Source: a virus (taxonomy: Duplodnaviria > Caudoviricetes). From it: DNA of 63,422 nucleotides. This document shows, one piece after another, positions 10,315 to 18,961 of the stretch (its first letter is position 1; each line of letters begins with the position of its first letter). Both the position numbers and the translations under genes were made by a program. The stretch is from IMG/VR virus record IMGVR_UViG_3300027996_000030, positions 1 to 63,422 of that record; one strand, given 5' to 3'. Below the pieces are notes generated by a model. The model worked only from the letters and a program-made list of their open reading frames with translations, did not search any database and was not told where the DNA came from.

Positions 10315-13300
10315 TTATTCCTCCGAGTCCTGTGTACCCAGTTGAGGTGCGTGTGGAGACAATGCGCGTTCCATCATCAGACGGTCAGTCTTATGGAGCA
10401 GGGAACGCTGCTTCTTGATTTCGGACCATTCTTCACCCAGGCGTTCCACCTGCGAGTCGAGGACAACCTCATCGAACAGGTCCGCGTCCATGCCTTGAAT
10501 GATCTCTCGGATCTCGTCCAACGTCTTGTCAGCGTCATCGTCGGTGGCGACATCGCCGTAAACCATATCAAGGGTGTACTCGTTGACGACCTCACTCTGA
10601 CCTGCACGCCAAGCACGGGCCGAACGCTGCTTCATCGTCTCGTTTGACCAGTTGTCTCGGTCGAGGTGAATGACGTTGTTGAACTTCTGAAGGTTCTGAC
10701 CCACAGCATAGGTGCCCGTCAACACCAGTGTCGTGATGGACGGGTTGGCTTGAATGTACTGAAGGACGATCACCTTCCATGAGTTCTTGGGCGCACGCGC
10801 ATAGCCGATCTTGCCGTTGCGTCCGGTGTCATTCTTACGGATGGACAGCTTGCCGCCCTTGACCTCCATGATGTACCCCTTGCCCTTGGGCTGGGGTCGT
10901 TTGAGGTCAGGGTAGCGCCGCTCGCCGTAGCGCACCGAGTCGCCTGCCCCGGACTTGACTTCAATGCGATCCGAAAAGGCGACTGCGCTCCCCTTACCAG
11001 GGAACGCTGCGAGCATCTGTGCAAAGGCATCCTCCGCCATGTCGGGAGAGTCCGTGAACAGGAGAGTCCGACCGCTGACTTGCTCCAAGATGCTCTTGGC
11101 CTGTTCCAGCTTCGGATTAGGCACGCCGGGGAGCACGCGGTTAGGCACGTCACTCAGCTTGGTGAGCAACGCCAGGGGCTTCCGCAGCGTGACCTTGGCG
11201 GCTTCCACAGCGAGAGCGCGGAAGTCCTTATCTTTGAAGTCCTTCTGGCCCTTGTATTTCGTGCTGGTCTTCTTCACGACCTCACGCAACGCCTTGATCA
11301 CTTGAGTCATCGTCTTGCGGTAGACCGCCTCGATCTCAGGGGGCATGGTTACAGCCACGGGAGGTACTTTGTTCAACTCCTCCAGCTTGGACCCCGGCCA
11401 ATCCTTATAGGGAACCGGCTCGCGGTCCTGCTTCTTTTCCTTCTTGGCGTAGACCTTGTAGGCTTTCTTGCTGTTGTCTACAACGTCCCGCTTGTCCGCG
11501 TGGAACAGGTTGGTCTTGACCCAAGTGTTGAAGTCACGGGTAGCAGCGACATCCATTTCACCGGGCCATTCCTCGTAGGACACCGGCTCGCGACCTTCCA
11601 GTGCTTCCTTGCGGACGTACAGTCTGTAGGTGCCACGGCTGGTGTCAGCGCGCTTGATTCCAACGACACGGCCTCCGACCTTCTCAGCGTAGCGTTTGAC
11701 GAACGCACGCTCCTCCTTTCGACCTTCCTTCGTATTGAGGTCGATCCCATTGGCCACGGAGGACAGGGTGAACACTTCCTTGGGGGAGCGGACCATAGGC
11801 GAAGCAGTAAGGAGCACCTTTCGCTTCGCCTTGCAGGATGTCACGGCCTTGTAGTAGCGGCTGGCCTTGTTCTTAAACCGCTCGTGAGCCTCGTCAAAGA
11901 AGATGGCAACGTAGTCATCGTAGAAGGGGCGGGGCGGATCATAGGGGTTCTTGACGGTGCCGATGGTGTTGTTCTTGAACTCCAGGTAGGTGATGATATC
12001 CGTCATGGCGTTCAGTTCAACGCCCGACCCATCCTCGACGGCTTCCTTGATCTCCTTTGGGAGATTGCCTGACAGGGCCTTCTTGCAGACGAACAGAAAC
12101 CGTCCATTGCCTTCAGTCATCGTGCCATCGTCACCCTTGTACTTGGCACGGAGGTTCTGCATTGTGGCCACAGCCACAGAGGTCTTGCCCACACCTGTAT
12201 CGAGAGCACAGATACCAGCGTTGTCGTTAGCATCGAGCCAAGCCACCGCCTGTGCCTGTTGGCGACGGAGAGGGCGCTTCAGCTTCAACTTTTCAGCGTT
12301 GTACTTCTTGATGCTGCGGTCTTCGGTGGCTCTCTCGGCCTTCTGAATCTTGGCGAAGTAGGCTTGCAGCATCCGGGAGGCCGCGTTCGACAAGGCCATC
12401 GAACCGATGGCATCTCGAATCGAGCCGAAATCCTTGGGGTCGAAGCTGTAGACGGAGCGGCCTGTTGCCGCTTCGGACCCGCGCCATCTCTTGTAGGGGA
12501 GAGGCGTGCGGCCATCCCCTTCCTCATTCGCGGAATAGGCGTCGTAAGCTCTTGTGCTCTTGTCTACGCGCTTCTGCTCATACTCAATGGAAGGGACCAG
12601 CTTGCTTAGATTGAGGACTGCGTTGCGGAGCAGGGTGGCTCTTTTATCGCCCTTCTCACGACTCAGCGTGAGCAACAGCCTCCCACTGTCCACGGTGACG
12701 TAAGGCTCCGTGACACGACGAACACTCAACGAGCCGTCAGGGTTCGTCGTCTCGCGCCGGTCCAACTCTCCTGTGTCGGGGTTGTAGTAGGTGACCGAAC
12801 CCTCGATCAAACGGCCTGCATGATTGACCAGATCCGCGACATAGAAGCCCTTGAACCGACCTGCGAGGATGACTTCCTTTCCGAGATAGTCGCCCACGGG
12901 ATAAATCTTCGTGAGAGCCGTGCTCTTGTAGGGATCATCCGTAAGTGAGGTGTAGTCTTCTGCTTTCGGGTTTGAGCCGAAATGGGAGTTGAAGTCCTCT
13001 GTAGAAATCTTGCGGAGATCAGCGGGATCAATGTAGGCGTACTTGTCCGACCCACGGCCCTTCTTACGGACGAGTGAGTTGACCTTCGTAAGACCCTTGT
13101 GGGCTGCGTTCTCCTTATCCACCTCTGCGGTGAACTCCTCCCGGCTCTTGGTCTTACCGTCATCCGAGTAGACCGAGACTGCTTCCTCGGGCAAAGCGGC
13201 GACGACGGCAAGGTCTTTCAGGTTCTCAAGAATCTGCTGTTGAGTCAGACGAGTCCCGTCACGCAATGTGATCTCATTGGGGATCAACGCTGCATCCACC

Positions 13301-13905
13301 CCAACCAACATAAACCGACCACGGATTCGCTGGCGCGCTGGAACCTGGCCTGTAGCAAGGATCTTCTTGCTTAGGCTCTTGTCCATCGCCCCACGTTGTT
13401 CTTTGGATTCCGTGAGCCGAAAGAACAGCGTGGGATCATCGCGCCGGATCTGCTCCTTCACTGTTTGCTTGGGGCTGGCGTTCCGAAGCTGAATCCAGCG
13501 GATCCCTTCGGAGGTAATGGCACGAGGTGCCCAGAATAGATCACGATCGGCCACAAGGGTGCGGAGCATCTCCGAATAGGCTTCGGTGAAACGCTTCCAA
13601 CCAGAGTTGCTCATCTTGCCGAGGGATTCAAAGGACCGGAGCAAGGGTTCGATGATCGTGGGCTTCTCATCCAAGACAACCACGGATGGCTCCGCGTCCG
13701 TCTCCATTTCCATCTGGCGAACGGCCTGACGGAACCGCTGCAAGAGTCCTTCGGGTACGGGACCGCCTTCCAGCGTGTCAACGACCTCGATGTATATCTG
13801 TGGGAGATCAAGGATCTTGGGCGTGCGCCCAAAAGTACGCATGTATTGAACCAACGCCCGATCCGAGATCGGGCGTCGTGCTCTGTTTTTCTTGGGTTCA
13901 GCCAC
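10315..13905 (-). CDS. SNF2/SWI2-family helicase with long N-terminal extension
   Basis: LRRQQ..AVAWL, motif I DTGVGKT, DEAH, LTASP, motif VI QRSARAWRAGQ. Confidence 0.85.
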   Translation of the reverse strand: MAEPKKNRARRPISDRALVQYMRTFGRTPKILDLPQIYIEVVDTLEGGPVPEGLLQRFRQAVRQMEMETDAEPSVVVLDEKPTIIEPLLRSFESLGKMSNSGWKRFTEAYSEMLRTLVADRDLFWAPRAITSEGIRWIQLRNASPKQTVKEQIRRDDPTLFFRLTESKEQRGAMDKSLSKKILATGQVPARQRIRGRFMLVGVDAALIPNEITLRDGTRLTQQQILENLKDLAVVAALPEEAVSVYSDDGKTKSREEFTAEVDKENAAHKGLTKVNSLVRKKGRGSDKYAYIDPADLRKISTEDFNSHFGSNPKAEDYTSLTDDPYKSTALTKIYPVGDYLGKEVILAGRFKGFYVADLVNHAGRLIEGSVTYYNPDTGELDRRETTNPDGSLSVRRVTEPYVTVDSGRLLLTLSREKGDKRATLLRNAVLNLSKLVPSIEYEQKRVDKSTRAYDAYSANEEGDGRTPLPYKRWRGSEAATGRSVYSFDPKDFGSIRDAIGSMALSNAASRMLQAYFAKIQKAERATEDRSIKKYNAEKLKLKRPLRRQQAQAVAWLDANDNAGICALDTGVGKTSVAVATMQNLRAKYKGDDGTMTEGNGRFLFVCKKALSGNLPKEIKEAVEDGSGVELNAMTDIITYLEFKNNTIGTVKNPYDPPRPFYDDYVAIFFDEAHERFKNKASRYYKAVTSCKAKRKVLLTASPMVRSPKEVFTLSSVANGIDLNTKEGRKEERAFVKRYAEKVGGRVVGIKRADTSRGTYRLYVRKEALEGREPVSYEEWPGEMDVAATRDFNTWVKTNLFHADKRDVVDNSKKAYKVYAKKEKKQDREPVPYKDWPGSKLEELNKVPPVAVTMPPEIEAVYRKTMTQVIKALREVVKKTSTKYKGQKDFKDKDFRALAVEAAKVTLRKPLALLTKLSDVPNRVLPGVPNPKLEQAKSILEQVSGRTLLFTDSPDMAEDAFAQMLAAFPGKGSAVAFSDRIEVKSGAGDSVRYGERRYPDLKRPQPKGKGYIMEVKGGKLSIRKNDTGRNGKIGYARAPKNSWKVIVLQYIQANPSITTLVLTGTYAVGQNLQKFNNVIHLDRDNWSNETMKQRSARAWRAGQSEVVNEYTLDMVYGDVATDDDADKTLDEIREIIQGMDADLFDEVVLDSQVERLGEEWSEIKKQRSLLHKTDRLMMERALSPHAPQLGTQDSEE

Positions 13906-14746
13906 GATCCAACTCCATAAGCCACGCCGCCATACGTTTTTTGTTTATCTGTGCCGCTAAGGCAGCGTCGGGGTCTTCTGATTCGATGACCAGACGATTG
14001 AGGGTGGACACCGCAGCGGCTCCGGGTTCCTCTGCAATCTCTACAGGGGTCGGGGGGGCTTCTCTGGCCTCCGCGACAGCTTGTGCCTCGGGAACATCAA
14101 GGTGGTCCTCCCCAGCGGCGGCGGCGGCGATCTCCGGGCTGTTGCTGATCGCACCGGTCTGGGCAAACTCCAAGACTTCTTTCTTCTCAGGGTTGTCGTA
14201 GAAGTCCCCTTCGGCGCTAGGTGCGCCAGACGCTTGCCGTTCACCGGGAATCGGCGCGAGAGCCTGTTGCAACAGGTACTCGTTCTCCTCGTGGGCGTTC
14301 GCGGTCGCCATGATCCAGTCATCCAGACCGAGGGTCATGGCGTTGATCTTCTTAATCCCGTCGTAGGCACGCTTGAGGGCCGCTTGGAGATCGGCCTCCG
14401 ACTGCAAGCCTCGCTTGTGGTGGCAGTCGATCCGTGCCCACACATGAGTATGACCCCAAATGTGCTGCATCTGACGGTTCAGCCCTACAGCGCCACCGCC
14501 GAGGTAGCCGATCAACTTCTCGGCCAACTCGTCTACCTGCTTCTGCACCGACTCATAGAGCCGCGCAAACAGAAGGTGATTGCCGTAAAAGGACTGTCCG
14601 ACCACCTGCCAATGGCTCGTCTGGTACGAGAGAGCCTGACCTCGGAGACAAGCCAGCACGTCACATAGACGCTGGCGCACCACTTCCCGCTGCATGGGAG
14701 TAGCGTTCATATATGCTTTCTTGTCTGTGGTGTTCCGGCTCATCAC
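13898..14746 (-). CDS. Dps/ferritin-like protein with acidic C-terminal extension
   Basis: HWQVVGQSFYGNHLLFARLYE...DELAEK matches the Dps ferroxidase helix pattern. Confidence 0.7.
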   Translation of the reverse strand: MMSRNTTDKKAYMNATPMQREVVRQRLCDVLACLRGQALSYQTSHWQVVGQSFYGNHLLFARLYESVQKQVDELAEKLIGYLGGGAVGLNRQMQHIWGHTHVWARIDCHHKRGLQSEADLQAALKRAYDGIKKINAMTLGLDDWIMATANAHEENEYLLQQALAPIPGERQASGAPSAEGDFYDNPEKKEVLEFAQTGAISNSPEIAAAAAGEDHLDVPEAQAVAEAREAPPTPVEIAEEPGAAAVSTLNRLVIESEDPDAALAAQINKKRMAAWLMELDRG

Positions 14747-14829
14747 TCAGCGTCCTCTACGGGGTTCCACTCGTCGATGTCTTCGGGGTGGGGGTGGGTG
14801 TGGGGGAGCGACCGCTCCTCGCCTTCTGG

Positions 14830-16989
14830 TCAACCACGGCGGTCAGTGGTGGCCTTCTTGCCCACCTGTTGCTTTGCCCGGTCCAACTCATTCTTCAAAG
14901 CATCGATCTGCTTGAACACGCCCTTGATGGAAGCCGCAAGCGGACCCGAAGGGTACGGCTCGTAAGCCTCCATCTTCCGCTTTATGTCCTCAAGCGACTT
15001 GATCTGCCGCTCAATGTCCTCGGTGGTCATCTGCTTCATAGCAGCCGTGCGGGTGCCGTCCGCCCACTCCAGCCAGCCGCCCACCGAGTCAGGGACGAAC
15101 GCCGCTGATCTCATGTCCGATGCCCTCTGCTCTTTCTCTTTGGCTTCCTCGTCCTCGTCAGACATCGACAGGCCAGCCTGCGAACGGGCTGCGTCGTAGT
15201 TGGTGAGGTGTTCCCCCACCATATCGGAAGGCATTCCAGCGGTCTTCGACACCGGGGCGTCGGGGTAGCAGGACAGGATCATGCGGGAGTAGGCACACTT
15301 CGCAGTCTTGCCATGCTCCTTCAGGAACCCGGTCATATTGGCGTACTTCGCAGTCCGTCGGCTGTGGAGGCTGTAAGCAACCTCACCGACGTAGGCTCGG
15401 AGATCAGAACAAGCGACCAGAGCGAGGCGGGCTGTCTTCGTGGGGTGTCCGTAGAGGCCGCCTGCGACTTTCTCCCGCTGACGCTGGGCCAGATCCTTCT
15501 TCTGATCCTGCCGTACCTTCGTCTTCACATCTTTGCGCTTCCGGTCCTTGCGGGACCACTCTTTCTTAGCTGAATCCTTTGCAGCGACTCGTTCAATGGG
15601 GAGGAGTCTTGATGCTAGGCGTTGTCGCTTCAACTCAGCGGGGGTGCCCAACTGGAACTGACCGGGCTTCAGGATGGATTTGAGTACCACGCTGCCTTTT
15701 TCAACCACAGCGTCCACGTCGTTCTCGTTGAGAGCGTCCACAGCGTCGTCGGCAGCGCCTTCCTTGTACGGGCCATAGGTGTCGCCGTCGTCAGTAGAGA
15801 CGTAGAACAAGTTGGGTTTCACCGCCTCGATGCCGAGAGCGGCGGTCTTGTCGGAGGCCACGCGGGGTCCGAGGTTCTTCATGGCCGACAGGATCAGACG
15901 GGCGGTCTTACTGTTGGCTCGCTTTGCATGAGCCTTCAAGAAGTCAACGCTGCGCTCGTCCTTTGCGTAGAGGGTCTTGGCGACGGAGGCTGCGCGGCGC
16001 TGGGCCTTGCGAACGGATGCTTCCACGTCCCGCTGGGTGCCCTTCGTGTAGCCGTAGAGGCCACCGGCTGCGACCTTGGAAGCAAGGCGTCGAAGTCCGC
16101 TGCTCCTGTAACCGCTCCTGATAAGTGACTTCTGAATCGCCGTTGCAAGAGCCTTCGCGTCATCGGCGTCCTGCCAGTTTGAGACAGAAACCGTCATCTC
16201 GATTCCGCGATCCCTTCCCTGGTCGTCACGGATGATAGAGACTTCGGTATTCCCGTAGTCTGCCGTCCCCTCGGTGTAGGACCTGTCCACGTCATCAAGC
16301 AAGTGGTCAAAGACCGCCTCAACGTCGCGCTCGTTGTCGTGGTTGTACCGAGTCGTGATCTCGTAGGTGGTAGAACGTGCTGCCTGACGCATCTGAGCGG
16401 CGTCGGCCTTGGCACGATCTGCGTCAGCCTGTTGCTCGTTGGCTTCGGCTTCGGCTTCCAGCTTCTCGGCTTCCTCTTGGGAAGCGAACCGGAGAGCACC
16501 GCTGTACTGTTCGGCCAACCCCTTCGCCAGATGGGCGAGGTAGTGGTTCACGTCTCCGTTGCCAAAGTCGATTTTGCGGAGGGTTTCTTCGATCTTCGCC
16601 TTTTCGCTGCCACGGGTCTGTTTGATGGCTTCGATGACGGCCTCGTTGGGGATCATGTGTGTGATCCCCTGCCGGTCGGTGACATCAAACACCTTCGACG
16701 GGATATTCTTCTCCTTGAAGAACATGTCGAACCAAGAGGCTGCGGCCTTTTCAATGGGCAGGAGATCAGATGCCTTGTGCTTTCGACTCTCGTGCCCTTG
16801 ATCCCATTCGTGGTCGTCTGCACCCATCGACTCCTCCATGTCCTCACGGAGCTTCTTGACCTGTTCGGGAGGATTCTCGTTCATCTCCGCGAACTCGGGA
16901 CCGACGACCTTGGCTACTTCCTCGACGGTCATCTTCTTGCCTTCGGGGAACTTGGCTTGGCGGGCACGCTCAATGGGCAGTAGGGACAT
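14830..16989 (-). CDS. modular repeat-containing late protein (putative processed internal-head polyprotein)
   Basis: LLPIE x3, KVA(A)GGLYG x2, many [KR]xA junctions; late motif upstream. Confidence 0.75.
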   Translation of the reverse strand: MSLLPIERARQAKFPEGKKMTVEEVAKVVGPEFAEMNENPPEQVKKLREDMEESMGADDHEWDQGHESRKHKASDLLPIEKAAASWFDMFFKEKNIPSKVFDVTDRQGITHMIPNEAVIEAIKQTRGSEKAKIEETLRKIDFGNGDVNHYLAHLAKGLAEQYSGALRFASQEEAEKLEAEAEANEQQADADRAKADAAQMRQAARSTTYEITTRYNHDNERDVEAVFDHLLDDVDRSYTEGTADYGNTEVSIIRDDQGRDRGIEMTVSVSNWQDADDAKALATAIQKSLIRSGYRSSGLRRLASKVAAGGLYGYTKGTQRDVEASVRKAQRRAASVAKTLYAKDERSVDFLKAHAKRANSKTARLILSAMKNLGPRVASDKTAALGIEAVKPNLFYVSTDDGDTYGPYKEGAADDAVDALNENDVDAVVEKGSVVLKSILKPGQFQLGTPAELKRQRLASRLLPIERVAAKDSAKKEWSRKDRKRKDVKTKVRQDQKKDLAQRQREKVAGGLYGHPTKTARLALVACSDLRAYVGEVAYSLHSRRTAKYANMTGFLKEHGKTAKCAYSRMILSCYPDAPVSKTAGMPSDMVGEHLTNYDAARSQAGLSMSDEDEEAKEKEQRASDMRSAAFVPDSVGGWLEWADGTRTAAMKQMTTEDIERQIKSLEDIKRKMEAYEPYPSGPLAASIKGVFKQIDALKNELDRAKQQVGKKATTDRRG

Positions 16990-17016
16990 GATTTCTCCAG
17001 TCGCCCTCGGGAGGGC

Positions 17017-17031
17017 ATAGGCTAGTTACCG
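17017..17031 (-). promoter_or_regulatory. putative late promoter CGGTAA-ctag-CCTAT
   Basis: Recurrent motif upstream of 16989. Confidence 0.65.
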
Positions 17032-17034
17032 TGG

Positions 17035-17463
17035 CTAGACGAACACGTCGTAGCCGACGCTGCCTGTGACAGTGGCCCCTGCTTGGATAGAAAAACCCAG
17101 CACGGTCTTGTTGGTGATGCGAAAGGGGGCGAACAGATCAGAGGTGACTTGTACGCGGTAGCTGGTGTTAGAGAAGGCTTGCGCGAAAGCCACAGGCTTC
17201 TCTGTCTCAGCGGCGAAAGCTAGGGTGCCGTTGACGGCTGAAGTAAGTGCCAAGATTGTCTCCACTTGCCCCATTGAGGTGCTGATATCGTCGGCTACCG
17301 TCTGGGGGATTTGGGTGTACGGTGAGAGCACGAACCCATAGGGATCTTGAATGTCCCGTACCGAGATGGTGCCCAACGAGTCCGAGACGATGGTGAACGT
17401 GTAGAGATCGGGGCTGACCCCGGAGCGGTACACGAACTCCGACTGGGCGAGTGAAGCCGCCAT
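17035..17463 (-). CDS. hypothetical, probably structural beta-rich protein
   Basis: 142-aa ORF coupled (TAATG) to upstream gene. Confidence 0.65.
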   Translation of the reverse strand: MAASLAQSEFVYRSGVSPDLYTFTIVSDSLGTISVRDIQDPYGFVLSPYTQIPQTVADDISTSMGQVETILALTSAVNGTLAFAAETEKPVAFAQAFSNTSYRVQVTSDLFAPFRITNKTVLGFSIQAGATVTGSVGYDVFV

Positions 17464-17774
17464 TAGTAGACCCCGCTCGTCTCACAGCCGAATTTCTGCA
17501 CGGCCTTTTCAAGCTCGGTCAGCGCATCGAAGTCCTGACTGCGGAGGAGAACATGATCAAACCCTGGCTGGATGCCTAGATCACGGATTGGCTCAACGGA
17601 TGCGACACGCAGCTTCCCGTCTCGGAACGATCTCAACAACGAGGGGAGGTTAGCGGTGCTGCTACCCCTATAAATAGTCAGCCGGTACTCCGGGGACGAG
17701 TGCTTGCTGATCCACTTGTCCGCGAGGCGTTTGGCCATCGCAACTCGGTGAGTTGAGGGGTGCTTTTGGCTCAT
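17463..17774 (-). CDS. hypothetical late protein (HRVAMAKRLADKW leader)
   Basis: GAGGAG RBS, late motif upstream. Confidence 0.7.
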   Translation of the reverse strand: MSQKHPSTHRVAMAKRLADKWISKHSSPEYRLTIYRGSSTANLPSLLRSFRDGKLRVASVEPIRDLGIQPGFDHVLLRSQDFDALTELEKAVQKFGCETSGVY

Positions 17775-17804
17775 TTGTACAGGCTCCTCTACTAAAGGAA
17801 GCCG

Positions 17805-17819
17805 ATAGACGAACCACCG
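17805..17819 (-). promoter_or_regulatory. putative late promoter CGGTGG-ttcg-TCTAT
   Basis: One-mismatch copy upstream of 17774. Confidence 0.6.
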
Positions 17820-17826
17820 AACCCGA

Positions 17827-18435
17827 TCAAACTACGACGTAAACCACGGGGTCCGACCACTTTGACCGATGCGTCTCTTTGAGAATGTTGAGGTTGGCGG
17901 CCACATGCTCAAAGACTTCCACATACTGTTCCATGCCGCGCATCTGCTTGAGCCGGTCGATGGTTCGGAAGTATCGGTGTCGAACGAAGCCTTGTGTGGC
18001 CCCCAACTCCTGGGCGACTTCAGACTGGCATGTGGTTCGGATCATCCCCAGCATGATCTTAATATCGGTGTCGTCGGTCAACACCCCCCGTAGATCCTGT
18101 TCCATGAGCCAGATATCGTGGACGGGCATGTCGATCAGATACCGGAGCCGTTCCGCCGCCCGTTGGAGCCGGTAGCAAACCGTGGGTTGGCTGATGTTGA
18201 ACAACTCTGCAATGGTGGTCTGCCGCACCTTGCTGAAGAAGTAAAGCTCTACGAAGTCGGCTTCGCGGGCCGGGATCTGGTCAAGCACCTGCTTGACCTG
18301 GGACATCTCCACCTTGGAGTCCTCCGATAGCTCCTCATGGGCGCTCGGGTACGTCCCAAGGCCGTCCTCTGTCGAGAACATGCGTTCGATGTCGGAGGGG
18401 TCTAAAACGATATGGCTGCACCAGTAGTTACTCAT
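17827..18435 (-). CDS. protein with two sigma70 region-4-like HTH domains
   Basis: LDQIPAREADFVELYFF..QTTIAELFNISQPTVCYRLQRAAERLR and QSEVAQELGATQGFVRHRYFRTIDRLK. Confidence 0.75.
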   Translation of the reverse strand: MSNYWCSHIVLDPSDIERMFSTEDGLGTYPSAHEELSEDSKVEMSQVKQVLDQIPAREADFVELYFFSKVRQTTIAELFNISQPTVCYRLQRAAERLRYLIDMPVHDIWLMEQDLRGVLTDDTDIKIMLGMIRTTCQSEVAQELGATQGFVRHRYFRTIDRLKQMRGMEQYVEVFEHVAANLNILKETHRSKWSDPVVYVVV

Positions 18436-18961
18436 CGGTCACCGGACATAGGTAGAAGCGTGGGAAATCCCTGATGGCATGGAGGGATCTCATTTCAACC
18501 AAGACCGAGGCTTGATTTCCGTCAACCGCCACCACCTGACCTACTATACCAATGAGGGAGCCGTCGATGACGCGAACATTCATGCCCTCCGAGATTTCGT
18601 CGCCCACCATAGCGTTCAACCGACGCCGCAGTTCACGGACACTGGCGTCAGGGACCGTTTCCGCCACCGTCCTGATGCCAGAGCCACGGGAGAGGGTGCG
18701 ACGGATATTCGGGTTGGACCGAATCAGAGAATAAAAGCTGGATTCCACGTCGGAACCCACAAAGGCATAGCCCTCCATCACAGACAGAACGGACTGACGA
18801 CCTTGGTGTGAGTAGACGATGCACGGGATAAAAACAGGGTGGTCAGCAACCAGCCGCGTCTGTCGTCGAAGATTAGCTTCAAGCGCACCCTCCTCCGCAA
18901 GTATCTCACCCTGCGAAGTCAGTTCAAGTACGAGCCATGTAATCTCGTCCCGTGCGTCCAA
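18428..18961 (-). CDS. nusG: NusG-family transcription elongation/antitermination paralog
   Basis: NGN-like WLVLE..VFIP..GYAFV plus KOW GMNVRVIDGSLIGIVGQVVAVD..ASVLVEM. Confidence 0.75.
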   Translation of the reverse strand: MDARDEITWLVLELTSQGEILAEEGALEANLRRQTRLVADHPVFIPCIVYSHQGRQSVLSVMEGYAFVGSDVESSFYSLIRSNPNIRRTLSRGSGIRTVAETVPDASVRELRRRLNAMVGDEISEGMNVRVIDGSLIGIVGQVVAVDGNQASVLVEMRSLHAIRDFPRFYLCPVTDE

